Assembly (NCBI GenBank): GCA_963771175.1
Contig: CAVYSY010000057.1
Location: forward strand, 128,001-192,000
Reading direction: 5' to 3'
Length of the DNA stretch: 64,000 nt
Source of the DNA: an uncultured delta proteobacterium
GTDB taxonomy: Bacteria > Myxococcota > Myxococcia > Myxococcales > Myxococcaceae
Under the pieces are notes generated by a model. That model made no database searches, was not told where the DNA came from, and saw only the letters and a program-made list of their open reading frames with translations. The position numbers and the translations under genes were made by a program. Positions 50,514 through 60,729 of the stretch are shown piece after piece. Each line of letters starts with the position of its first letter. Position 1 is the stretch's first letter.

Positions 50514-53500
50514 ATGACCGTGCGGGACGGAGCAGCGGGCGCATCCACCCTGGATGGCCCCCCCACGCCTGGGGCTCCTCCTCCGGAGACTCCCGTCTTC
50601 CCCGTGCCCGGCTGGGAGCGCTACCAGGGCGTGCGCTTCCTCGGCCAGGGCGGCATGGGCCAGGTCTTCCTCGCCTATGATCCACGGCTGCGCCGCCATG
50701 CCGCCCTCAAGTTCGTCCGGGGCGACGACACCGGGCTCACCCAGCGCGTCCTCTCCGAGGCCCGGGCCCAGGCCCGTGTCGAGCCACGAGTGCGTCTGCC
50801 AGGTGTACGAGGTGGGGGAAGTCCAGGGGCGCGCCTTCATCGCCATGCAGTACGTGGACGGCCACCCGCTGAACCAGCTCGCGGGCCAGCTCACCGTGGA
50901 ACAGGCGGCCCTGCTGCTCCGAGAGGCCGCCGCGGGAGTCCACGCCGCCCACCGGGCTGGCCTCATCCACCGCGACCTCAAGCCAGGCAACATCCTCGTC
51001 GAGCGCACCGAGGACTGGCCGCCTCAAGCCCTACGTCATGGACTTCGGGCTGGCGCGCGACTGGAAGGAGCAGGGCAGCACCGCCACGGGCTCGGTGCTC
51101 GGCACCCCTCACTACATGGCCCCCGAGCAGGCCCGCGGCGAGGTGTCCCGGCTGGACCGGCGCGCCGACGTCTACAGCCTCGGCGCCACGCTCTACACCC
51201 TGCTGACGGGCCAGCCTCCCATCCCCGGCGGCAACGGGCTGGAGGTGCTCAGCAACATCGCCTCCCTCGAGCCTCGCCCGCCGCGCGCGCTCAACCCGGA
51301 CCTGCCGGCGGACCTGGAAGCCATCATCCTCAAGTGCCTGGAGAAGGAGCGCTCGGCCCGCTACGACTCGGCGCGCGCCCTGGCCGAGGATCTGGACCGC
51401 TTCCTCGGTGGCGAGCCCGTGCGGGCGCGCCCCACCGGCCTGGGGTACCGGCTGCGCAAGAGGCTCCGCAAGCACCGCGTCGTGGTGGGCGTGGCCGCCG
51501 CGGCCCTGCTGGCCGTGGCGCTCGCTGTCGTCCAGGTCTCGCTCACCCGTCGGGAGGCCACCCGGCGCGAGCGCCTGGCTCGCGCCAGTTCACCGAGCGC
51601 GTCGAGCGCATCGAGGCCCTGGCTCGCTACTCCGGCCTCTCCCAGCTGCACGACACCCGCGCCGACCGCGAGGCCCTCCGCGGCCGCATGCGCGAGCTGG
51701 AGGCGGAGATCCACGAGGCCGGCGCGCTGGCCGTGGGCTCCGGCCACTACGCCCTGGGGCGTGGCGCCCTGGCGCTCGGTGACGAGGCCCTGGCCCGCGA
51801 GCACCTGGAGGCCGCCTGGAGCCACGGCTTCCGCGAGCCCCGTGTCGCCTGGTCGCTGGCCCTCGTGATGGGGCACCTGTACCAGGAGCAACTCCTGCAG
51901 GCCGAGCGCCTGCGCAACCCGGAGCAACGCGAGTCCCGCAAGCAGGACATCCAGCGCCGTACCGCGCCCCCGCCCTGGACTGGTTGCGCCAGAGCCAGGG
52001 CGCCGACGTGCCCTCTCCCGAGTACGTGGCGGCGCTGCTGGCCTTCTACGAGGATCGGCTGGACGAAGCCCTCGCCCAGCTCGAGGCGATGAAGGACCGC
52101 CTCCCCTGGTTCCACGAGGCACCCCTGCTCCGGGGCGACATCCTCCAGGCCCGGGCCACCCGCCGCTGGAACCAGGGCGATCGCGAGGGAGCGTTGGCCG
52201 ACTTCGAGGCCGGCCGCCGCGCCTACACCGCCGCCGCCGCAACGGGCGAGAGCGTGCCGGAGGTCCACAGGGCCCTGGCGATGCTCGAGTACACCGTGAT
52301 GGTGATGGAGCTCTACAGCAAGGGGGACGTCATGCCTCCCTTCACCCGTGGGCTGGAGGCCGTCGCCCGCGCGCTCCAGGCGGACCCCGATTTCGGGCTG
52401 GCCCGCGTGCTGGAGGCGTACTTCTACAACCGGCTGGCGGAGTACCGCATGAGCCGGGGCCTCGACGTGGAGGAGCCCCTCCAGAAGGCCCTCTCCGCCG
52501 CGCGCACCGCCATGCGCCTGGTGCCCGAGCCGCCCCGGGCCCGCATGGAGCAGGTCCAGAGCCTCTGGCGCCGGGCCCGCTCCCTCCAGGCCCGGAGCCT
52601 GGACCCCCACGAGCCGCTCCAGCAGGCCGTGGAGCTGCTGGGCACCATTCCCCCCAAGGAGCAGGACTACGAGTTCCACGCCACCCGGGGCCTCGTCTTC
52701 AAAATCTGGGCGGACTACGAGGACGAGAAAGGGGAGGACTCCCTGCCCCACCGTGGCGAGGCCATCGCGTCCTACCGCGAGGCCATCCGCCTCGACGAGC
52801 GCCTGCCAGACGCATGGATCAACCTGGGCATCGCCTACCTCACCCGCGCCACCCACCCGCGCGCCACGACCCCCCTGGAGGACCTGAAGCAGGCCCAGGC
52901 CGCGCTCGACACCTCCCGGAAGCTCAACCCGGGCAACTATGTGCCCTACTTCCTGGGCGGCACGCTGCATCTGGAGCTGGCCCAGCGGCGCAGGAGCCAG
53001 GGAGAAGACGCCCGGCCCGACCTGACCACCGCCCTGGAGTTCTTCGAGGGCGGCATCCGTATCAACGCCCGGATTGCGCAGCTCCACAACGGCAGGAGCG
53101 CGGTCCTCTTCGAGCAGGCGAGGGAGGCCTGGGACCACGGCGGCGACCCCTTCCCCTTGCTCGAGCAGGCCGGGCAGGCCGCGCGTCAAGCCATCGAGGT
53201 CGCCCCCCAACAGGGTTTTGGCCACCACAACGTCGGCGAGACCCAGGCCGAGCGCGCCACCTTACCGCGCGCTCTCCGGGGAGGACCCGCGCCCCGAGCT
53301 CCAGGCGGCCGAGGCGGCCTACCTGAAGGCCAGCGAGCTCCTCCCGGGCGGCGCCTACTACCCGGCCAGCCTGGCCCGAGTCCATGCGCGGCGAGCGGCC
53401 TTCGAGCTGGAGCACGGGCAGGCACCGCGGAGGAGCCTCGAACAGGCCGAGGCGGCCCTGCGACAGGCCTTCGAGCGCGGCCCCAAGGAGCCCCTGGCCT

Positions 53501-53919
53501 GGCTCGTCCAGGGGGAGGTGCGTGGACTGCGGGCCCGCTGGCTGGCTCGCCAGCGGCAGGCGCGCTCCGAGGACTTCGAGGAGGCCGCCCGCGCCTTCGA
53601 GAAGACGCTCGAGCTGGAACCCCGGCGCCAGGACTACCGCATCGCCTTCGGCCACTTCTGCCGCGAGTGGGCCGCCTGGCGGCGGGAGACGGGACTCGAG
53701 CCGCTCTCCGCCCTGAAGCGTGGCCTCGCCCTGGCGGACGAGGTGCTGGCCGCGCGCCCCCGCTGGGCGGATGCGCTGCTGCTGCGCGCGAGCCTGCGTG
53801 AAGAGGCTGGGATGACGCGCGAGGCCTGGGAAGACCTCGAGAGGGCCCTCGCGCTGAACCCTCACCTCGCCGGCTGGTGGAAGCGGCGGTTTCCTGGCCG
53901 CGCGACTCCCTCTCCGTAG
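50514..53919 (+). CDS. Membrane Ser/Thr protein kinase with C-terminal TPR-like domain (about five frameshifts; N-terminus may extend to 50419)
   Basis: GQGGMG, ALK, HRDLKPGN, DFG, YMAPEQ, TM VVVGVAAAALLAVALAVV, helical repeats. Confidence 0.85.
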
Positions 53920-53927
53920 CGCCCGAC

Positions 53928-54404
53928 TCAGCCCTCACCGGGCGGGACCGGGTCACCCCCAGTGCCCGTTCCTACCTCCAGCGTCCCGGTCTTGGTGTCC
54001 TGGTTGCTATCGGGGCAACCCTCGGCGGTAATCGTGTAGGTGCCCGACGCCGGGAAGGTATCGTCGATCCCATTGCCATGAGGCAGCGGCTGAATGACTT
54101 TCGATACGGGTCCTCTGATGTCGATGGAGAGGAGGGAAGCCTCGTTCGAGCACTTGTTGATGAACCTGGCCTTGCCATCTTTCTTGAGACAACGATTCGG
54201 ACTGAAGGCAATCCCTCGCGAGGTGACGTCGACTTCCACCGTGTCGTGATAGCTCGTGCACGGAGTGGGCGCCGTGACATCCGGCCCCGTCTTGCAGGAG
54301 ACGAGTCCGGAGAACGGCAGCCCCAGCAACAGTCCCGGCACCAGGAGACGGGCCAGGGACTGTCTCACTCCGCACTGCGACACTTCAGACAAACGACTCA
54401 GCAT
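53928..54404 (-). CDS. Small lipoprotein, possible cupredoxin-like fold
   Basis: AGGAGG RBS, lipobox LVSC, FSP...F...GTY...C...GTLEV pattern. Confidence 0.6.
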   Translation of the reverse strand: MLSRLSEVSQCGVRQSLARLLVPGLLLGLPFSGLVSCKTGPDVTAPTPCTSYHDTVEVDVTSRGIAFSPNRCLKKDGKARFINKCSNEASLLSIDIRGPVSKVIQPLPHGNGIDDTFPASGTYTITAEGCPDSNQDTKTGTLEVGTGTGGDPVPPGEG

Positions 54405-54455
54405 CACATTCCTCCTGTTCATCGCGTTGGAGCCAACATCGGCATCGGTGACAAA

Positions 54456-54470
54456 GCAACGAATATGCCA
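54456..54470 (-). promoter_or_regulatory. Sigma54 promoter for the small lipoprotein gene
   Basis: Minus strand TGGCATATTCGTTGC, GG-N10-GC with TTGC box. Confidence 0.7.
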
Positions 54471-54510
54471 GGAGTCCGGCACTCCGCGTTCGCGCGAGCA
54501 GCCCCGAGCC

Positions 54511-56160
54511 TCAGGTGGCCCCCGAGCCGAGGCCGAGCTCCTTGACGCGACGTCCCAGCGCCCGCTTCGACACCTGGAGGCGCCGGGTCATCGCCTCCAG
54601 GTCACCCTGACACTCATGATGGCAGCGGGTGATCTCCTCGGCGCTCAGGTCCCCGGCGGTCCGCAGGTTCGGGCTCTTGTCGATCAAATCGTAGATGGAG
54701 GACCGGTGGATGCGGAGCTGGTCGGCGGCGGCCTGGAAGTCCCAGTCGTTCTCCCGAAGGGCGGCCAGCAGCTCCGGCTCGGTGATCTCGGAGGGCTTGC
54801 GGCGGGAGGGGGCCTTGGCCTCGGCCGTGGGCTGCGCGGTGGCGGGTCGCCCCGAGGGAGCCACCTTCGCCAGGGCCAGCTCCTGCTCGAGCTGGGCATC
54901 GAGCTGCAGGCGCGGCTGGCTTCGACTGCCAATGACGAGCTGCCGCACCACGTTGCGCAGCTCTCGGATGTTCCCCGGCCACCGGTGGCCCACCAGGCGC
55001 GCGGCCAGCGCCGGCGGGAGCCAGGGCTCGGCGAAAGGCTCCTCGGGCCGCAGGCGCCAGGCCTCTCCCAGCGCCTCCAGCTCCCCGCGGGCGAAATGGT
55101 GGAACAGCAGCCCGATGTCCTCTCGCCGCTCACTCAGCGGCGGCACGCGGATGGAGTAGCCGGCCAGCCGATGCAGCAGCGGCGCCTTGAAGCGCCCCTC
55201 GTGGATCTGCTGCTCCAGGTGCGCGTCCGTCGCGGCGATGAGCCGTACATCGACGGCGACAGGAGAGCGCTCGCCCACGGGGTAGAGCTGCCCTGTCTCC
55301 AGCACCCGCAGCAGCATCACCTGCACCTCGGGCGGCGCCTCGCCCACCTCATCCAGGAACAGCGTCCCCCCATGGGCGGCCTGGAAGAAGCCCGACTGAT
55401 CCCTCACCGCGCCGGTGAAGGCCCCCTTGCGCGCGCCGAACAGCTCCGTGGCCGCCAGCTCCCGGGGAATGGCGCCCAGGTTCACGCTGACGAACGCCTT
55501 GTCCCCGCGCGAGCTGTGCCGATGGATGGCCTGGGCGATCAGCTCCTTGCCGGAGCCCGTCTCCCCGCGAATGAGCACCGGCACGTCCAGATCCGCCACC
55601 TGCATGATGTGTTGGCGCACGCGCTGGAGCCCCACGCTGGTGCCCACCATGCCCAGTGCATCCACGGCCTCCTTGGCCGAGGCGTCCGCCAGGTGCAACA
55701 ACAGCAGCACGCGTCCGGCCAGTTCCAGCGGCACGCCCGCGGCCACCTCCTCGGCCGAGAACTCCCACGGCTCGCGCAGCACTTCTCCTCCGACGGCCAC
55801 TCGGCTCCCCTCACCCGGCTCCAGCCGGATGCGACCCTCCACGCCCGGCGCGAAGACGAGCGGCTTGCGGCTCAGGAAGGGATCCGCCAGATGCATGCCA
55901 AGTGCGCCCCCAGGCCGAGTGAAGTCCGGCTCATTGCGGGACAGGAGGACCTGGCGGCCCTCGGCCAGCGCCTCCAGCAGCAGCCGCTCACCGACGCGAT
56001 GCGCCTGGGGGTGCGAAGCGATGGTCAGCGCGGGGACGAGCCGGGAGCCCGGCGGAGTGCGGTGGCCTCTCGAGGCATCGGCCGTGGAGATATCCGCGGC
56101 CTCCTGCCTGGACCTGACTTCTCGTGGGTTGCACGCCGGAGGACGGGGCACTGAGGTCAC
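54511..56160 (-). CDS. Sigma54-dependent enhancer-binding protein with FHA-like N-terminus (start uncertain)
   Basis: GETGSGKE, GAFTGA, FLDEVG, WPGNIREL, C-terminal HTH segments. Confidence 0.9.
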   Translation of the reverse strand: MTSVPRPPACNPREVRSRQEAADISTADASRGHRTPPGSRLVPALTIASHPQAHRVGERLLLEALAEGRQVLLSRNEPDFTRPGGALGMHLADPFLSRKPLVFAPGVEGRIRLEPGEGSRVAVGGEVLREPWEFSAEEVAAGVPLELAGRVLLLLHLADASAKEAVDALGMVGTSVGLQRVRQHIMQVADLDVPVLIRGETGSGKELIAQAIHRHSSRGDKAFVSVNLGAIPRELAATELFGARKGAFTGAVRDQSGFFQAAHGGTLFLDEVGEAPPEVQVMLLRVLETGQLYPVGERSPVAVDVRLIAATDAHLEQQIHEGRFKAPLLHRLAGYSIRVPPLSERREDIGLLFHHFARGELEALGEAWRLRPEEPFAEPWLPPALAARLVGHRWPGNIRELRNVVRQLVIGSRSQPRLQLDAQLEQELALAKVAPSGRPATAQPTAEAKAPSRRKPSEITEPELLAALRENDWDFQAAADQLRIHRSSIYDLIDKSPNLRTAGDLSAEEITRCHHECQGDLEAMTRRLQVSKRALGRRVKELGLGSGAT

Positions 56161-56191
56161 GTCCCAGAGCAAAGCAGACTTCCGGCGACAC

Positions 56192-56227
56192 TTCCACGCG
56201 TCGAGCCTCCGGGTTCCACGCGTGGAA
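56192..56227. promoter_or_regulatory. Tandem palindromic sites (TTCCACGCGTGGAA and a partial copy 22 bp away)
   Basis: Perfect palindrome at 56214-56227; TTCCACGCGT at 56192-56201. Confidence 0.4.
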
Positions 56228-56632
56228 ACGGCCCACCGCCCATGCGTTCCCCTGATTCCCGGTGGGAGAGCGGACTTGCCACGGAGGGGTCCCTCCCAGT
56301 CGGTGTTCGGCCTCACGGTGAAGCGCGGGCGCGTCAATCCCTTGAGGACGCGCCGAGCTGGCGGGCAACGACCCCGACTCGGGCTTCGTGGCGTTCCGCG
56401 CGGGCACGAAGGGCTGACCTTCTGGGCGGCGAAGCAGGCGGGGGCTCGACGCCTCCCCAGGGGCAGGCTCGCGATGGGTGCCGGTACAGCGCGTCGGCGA
56501 AGCCGTAGATGCGGCGGCCCTCCGACGGCTCGATCACCAGCCCCATCTGCGTCAGGCGCTGCCGGCCGTCGCTCGCTCATGGCTAGCGCTGGGGTCGACA
56601 CTCGATGACCTCGTGCGCACAAAAGAACTGCC

Positions 56633-57592
56633 ATGAAACCATCCATCCCCAGCCAGATGAAGGCCGCCATCGTCGAGCACTTTGGCGGACCCGAGGTCCT
56701 CCACACTGGGACGCTGCCCGTCCCTGAGCCGGGTGAACACGAGATCCTCCTCCGCGTGGATACAGCCGGGATTGGTGTCTGGGATCCGTGGGTACGGGAA
56801 GGCGGGTTCGACGACGGCTCGACGCGTTTTCCTTACGTGATGGGCAACGACGGGGCGGGCGAGGTGGTCGCCGTCGGTCCCAAGGTACGCCGCCTGCGTG
56901 TGGGAGATTGCGCCTATGGCTTCCAGATGGAGGGAGGCTTTTACGCCGAGTACGTCAAGCTCGAGGAGAGCCACGCGGCACGGGTCCCGAAGGGCGTGGA
57001 CGCGAAGGAGGCGGGAGCGCTGGGCGCGGACGGCATCACGGCGCTACGGGGGCTGGACGATGAGCTGCGCCTGCGCAAAGGACAGTCACTCATGATCATC
57101 GGCGCGAGCGGCGGCATCGGACACATGGCCGTGCAATTGGCCAAGCGAATCGGGGCGCGGGTACTCGCGGTGGCGTCGCGGCCGGACGGGATGGAGCTGG
57201 TCAAGAAACTTGGCGCGGACGCCGCCATCGATGGGCGGAGCGAGGACGCGGCGAAAGCAGCGCGCGAGTTCGCGCCCGAGGGGCTGGATGCAGCACTCGT
57301 GCTCGCTGGCGGAGACGATGTGGATGAAGCGCTGAAGGCAGTCAAGAAAGGCGGTCGAATCGCCTACCCCAACGGTGTCGAACCCGAGCCCAGGGCGCCG
57401 AAGGGTGTCACGCTGCTTGCGTACAACGGCACTCCCAGCGAGGAGGCGTTCGATCGCCTCAATCGGTTGATTGGAGACGCACCGTTTCATGTCGAGCTGG
57501 GAAAGGTCTACGAACTCGACGACGCCGCCCAGGCGCACCGGGACATTGGAAAGCACCACCTGGGGAAGTTCGCGATACGCATCCATTCGTAG
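56633..57592 (+). CDS. NADP-dependent oxidoreductase (MDR/quinone reductase family)
   Basis: FGGPEVL, G.DGAGEVVAVG, GASGGIG, AHRDI...GK. Confidence 0.9.
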   Translation: MKPSIPSQMKAAIVEHFGGPEVLHTGTLPVPEPGEHEILLRVDTAGIGVWDPWVREGGFDDGSTRFPYVMGNDGAGEVVAVGPKVRRLRVGDCAYGFQMEGGFYAEYVKLEESHAARVPKGVDAKEAGALGADGITALRGLDDELRLRKGQSLMIIGASGGIGHMAVQLAKRIGARVLAVASRPDGMELVKKLGADAAIDGRSEDAAKAAREFAPEGLDAALVLAGGDDVDEALKAVKKGGRIAYPNGVEPEPRAPKGVTLLAYNGTPSEEAFDRLNRLIGDAPFHVELGKVYELDDAAQAHRDIGKHHLGKFAIRIHS

Positions 57593-57747
57593 GTGAGCCT
57601 GCCCTGCGGGGCCTCGGCGGACGGAAGGCGCAACGGCATGCCCATCTGTTCCCGGCCCAGCAGCAGCAGCACCAGCGCCGGCAGTACTTCACGCCGTAGG
57701 CGCGGGGTGGGCGGCCCTCGGAGCTCCACCCTCCGAGGGACCCCTCC

Positions 57748-57820
57748 CTGGAGCACCTGCAACTGCCCACGCGACCTCCGAAGCTGGCCCCCGGCGCACA
57801 GCCCGAGTTGCTCCCCTCAG
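57748..57820 (+). mobile_element. Possible remnant of an IS91-like transposase C-terminus
   Basis: Translates LEHLQLPTRPPKLAP, resembling recalled myxobacterial transposase ends; very short. Confidence 0.25.
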
Positions 57821-57905
57821 CGGCCCGCCCCACCCTCTCTGCACCAGCCCACCACCCTCAACAGGGGCCCCATCCGTCCTTCTGTGAAGCGGCCCCCCGA
57901 GAAGC

Positions 57906-58721
57906 TCAGCCCACGCTTCGCGTGTCGCGACCCGCGCCTTCGACCTCGGCGAAGAAGCCCTTCACCGCCTGAACGATCTGCCCGGGCTGATCGATCGGCG
58001 CCGCGTGGCGGGAGTCCTTCAACTCCTGGAGTCGAGCGTCCGCGAGGAGGTCGACATACGCCTTCTTCGCGGACAGCGGCGTGTAGTCGCCGTCGGAGGC
58101 GAGGACCAGGACCGGACAGGAGATCTCCTTCAGACGATCCAGGACGCTCCAGCCGATGAGCCCACGGGTCGCTCGCTGGTAGGCACCTGGCTCGTTGGCG
58201 CCGATCGACTCCTCGACCCTCCTCCGCAGCTCCGCCTGCTCCGGCTTGGGAAAGAGTTTCGGTGCGAGCAGCCTGGCCAGGCCCCTCGGCCCGAGCGTCT
58301 TCAGCAGCAGCATCCGCGTGGCGAACATGAGCCGCATGCCCAGCGTCCGCGGAACCATGTCGGGCCCGCTGTTGATGACGGTCAGGCTGCGCACGAGCGC
58401 CGGCCGATCCACCGCGAGCTGAAAGCCGATCATGCCCCCCATCGAAAGCCCGACCACATGCACGCGGGTGAGGCCCAGGCGCTCGCAGAGGGCGGCGACA
58501 TCCCGGGCGAAGAGCGGCACCCCATAAGGCCCCTCTGGCTTGTCACTGCGTCCATGGCCTCGGACGTCGGGGGCGATGACTCGGTAGTGGGCCGCGAGCC
58601 CAGGCGCGACGAGCTCCCAATCCTGTCCCGAGGAGCCGAGCCCGTGGAGGAGCAATACAGGCTCGCCCGCACCGGACTCCTCGAAGTGCAGGGATAGGCC
58701 ATCAAGTCGAATCGTGGGCAT
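57906..58721 (-). CDS. Alpha/beta hydrolase (enol-lactonase-like)
   Basis: LHGLGSS, D.RGHGRS, GLSMGG, D, H triad. Confidence 0.88.
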   Translation of the reverse strand: MPTIRLDGLSLHFEESGAGEPVLLLHGLGSSGQDWELVAPGLAAHYRVIAPDVRGHGRSDKPEGPYGVPLFARDVAALCERLGLTRVHVVGLSMGGMIGFQLAVDRPALVRSLTVINSGPDMVPRTLGMRLMFATRMLLLKTLGPRGLARLLAPKLFPKPEQAELRRRVEESIGANEPGAYQRATRGLIGWSVLDRLKEISCPVLVLASDGDYTPLSAKKAYVDLLADARLQELKDSRHAAPIDQPGQIVQAVKGFFAEVEGAGRDTRSVG

Positions 58722-58815
58722 GGTCAGGGCCTCGAACTCCGGCGGACTCCTGAACGATCGCTCTCCCATTCGAACGATTGAACAGGGCCATAAGATTGTG
58801 GTACATATTCTATCC

Positions 58816-58831
58816 GAACGAACGCTCGTTC
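58816..58831. promoter_or_regulatory. Candidate TetR operator GAACGA-N4-TCGTTC
   Basis: Inverted repeat 13 bp before the tetR start, in a divergent intergenic region. Confidence 0.55.
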
Positions 58832-58844
58832 AGCAAGGTCGGTC

Positions 58845-59477
58845 ATGCGCTCCCTTCCGCGGTCACGTCTGCAGGTCCAGAAGGCGACCCTGCCGCGAAC
58901 GGTGCCCGATGGCACGCGGCGGCGGATCCTGGAGACGGCCCTGCGGCTCTTCGCGAGCCAGGGGTTTCACGGCACGTCGATCCGGGATGTCGCGAAGGAG
59001 CTGGAGCTACAGCCGAGCGCGCTCTACACGCACTTCCCCTCCAAGGAGCACATCCTCGCGGAGCTCGTCCGGGTCGGCCACGAGGCACACCACGAAGCGC
59101 TCCGCACGGCGCTGCTGAACGCGGGCACCGAACCGGCCGCGCAGGTGCGAGCGCTCATCCGGGCCCACACCCTCATGCATGCGACCCATCCGCAGTTGGC
59201 GGTCGTGGTGAATGAGGAGATCCACGCACTGCCATCCGAGCTCGCCGCACCGGCGATGGCGCTGCGGAACCAATCCGCCGCCCTCCTGCTCGAGGTGGTC
59301 GAGCGCGGCGTGGCGATGGGGCGGTTCTCTCCTCCCCACGCGGTGGCGACTGCGGCGGCGATCTCCGCGATGGGCGTGCGCATCCCGTACTGGTACGAGC
59401 CGACTGGCGCGCTCGATGCGGACACCCTCGCCGATATTCACGCAGAGCTGGCGCTCCGCATGCTGGGAGGACGCTGA
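58845..59477 (+). CDS. TetR/AcrR family transcriptional regulator
   Basis: ILETALRLFASQGFHGTSIRDVA...LYTHFPSKE HTH. Confidence 0.93.
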   Translation: MRSLPRSRLQVQKATLPRTVPDGTRRRILETALRLFASQGFHGTSIRDVAKELELQPSALYTHFPSKEHILAELVRVGHEAHHEALRTALLNAGTEPAAQVRALIRAHTLMHATHPQLAVVVNEEIHALPSELAAPAMALRNQSAALLLEVVERGVAMGRFSPPHAVATAAAISAMGVRIPYWYEPTGALDADTLADIHAELALRMLGGR

Positions 59478-59564
59478 CTGAGCGGCAGCTCCTCGCCCGC
59501 CGGGATGCGTCAGCGCGTGCACCGATGAAGTGCCCACACTGAAGCAGGAAACAAGGAGATGCTC

Positions 59565-60557
59565 ATGAAGCGGAGTCCTGGTGCATTCGCGCGCATCGGT
59601 GCGTTGCTGCTCGTGCTTTTCGCGCTGTCTGGAACCCCGGCCCACGCCGGCTCATGGGTGAACGGCCACTACACGAATCTCTGGGGCTCCCGAAGCTTCC
59701 AGCTCTGGGTCCCCACCGGATATCAGCCGGGAGAGGAGCTCCCCCTGGTGGTGGCACTGCACGGATGTCTCCAGAATCCCGATCAGTTCGCCGGTCTCAC
59801 GCGTCTGAACCAGAAAGCGGACGCGGAGAAGTTCCTGGTCCTCTACCCGAACCAGGAGACACTCTTCAATGGCACACAGTGTTGGAATTTCATGATCGCC
59901 ACCAACATGGAGCGCGACATGGGTGAGCCCTCCATCATCGTAGGCATGGTGGACTGGGTGAAGAGCCGTTACGCGGTGGACGACCACCGCGTGTATGTCG
60001 GAGGAGTCTCCGCCGGCGCGGTCATGAGCAGCATCCTGCTCGCCTGCTATTCGGATGTGTTCGCCGCCGGCATGGTGGGCGCGGGAGCGATGTACAAGGC
60101 GGCGACCACCGCCTCCGGCAGCGCCTATGCCATGGTCTTCGGCAGCATCTACAATCCCGATGACCGTGGCCGTGACGCCTGGGCGTGCTCGGGCAAGCCG
60201 CGCTGGCAGGTACCGGTGCTCGTCCTCCACGGCACCGAGGATGACGTCGTCAATCCGATCAACGGCGAGCAGGTGGTGCAGCAATTCCTGCAGACCAATG
60301 ACTACGGCGATGACGGTGCCAACAACGACAGCGTGCCCTACGCCGCCACCCAGGTCCGGTATGGCAGCGTGCCCGGCGGTCGCAGCTACACCATCAAGGA
60401 CTACGTCTACGGCGGGCGTCTGCTGCTCCAGAAGTATGAGATGCAGGGGATGGGTCACGCCTGGCCCGGTGGCGATCCCTCCTACCTGTTCTCCGATCCC
60501 TCCGGTCCCGACGCCACCACCATCATGTGGGACTTCTTCAAACAGCACACGCGCTGA
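59565..60557 (+). CDS. Secreted PHB depolymerase-family esterase (catalytic domain type 1)
   Basis: Signal peptide AHA, LVVALHGC.Q, CWN, GVSAG, HGTED, GMGHAWPGG. Confidence 0.88.
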   Translation: MKRSPGAFARIGALLLVLFALSGTPAHAGSWVNGHYTNLWGSRSFQLWVPTGYQPGEELPLVVALHGCLQNPDQFAGLTRLNQKADAEKFLVLYPNQETLFNGTQCWNFMIATNMERDMGEPSIIVGMVDWVKSRYAVDDHRVYVGGVSAGAVMSSILLACYSDVFAAGMVGAGAMYKAATTASGSAYAMVFGSIYNPDDRGRDAWACSGKPRWQVPVLVLHGTEDDVVNPINGEQVVQQFLQTNDYGDDGANNDSVPYAATQVRYGSVPGGRSYTIKDYVYGGRLLLQKYEMQGMGHAWPGGDPSYLFSDPSGPDATTIMWDFFKQHTR

Positions 60558-60729
60558 AACGGATCGTCTTCGGGACCGCGTCGCCCGCCCTCTCGAGCTG
60601 GCGACGCCGGGCGGATGAATCTCCGAGCCCGAGGCGGCAGCTGCTGCCGCAGCTCCTTCGCCGCCCGGAAGTGGGTAGAGCGCGCACTCCCAGCTTTTCT
60701 GGACCTGGCAGCAGAGCTTCTGCGACCAT

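Noticed and set aside
50419..50517. Independent 32-aa leader peptide before the kinase
   Set aside because: Cannot be told apart from a frameshifted kinase N-terminus given the local error rate
56212..56229. parS site (resembles GTTCCACGTGGAAC)
   Set aside because: Two extra central bases break the spacing; no parAB or parS cluster nearby
58818..58834. LexA box before tetR (ends GTTCAGC)
   Set aside because: Lacks the leading CT of the consensus; better explained as a TetR operator palindrome
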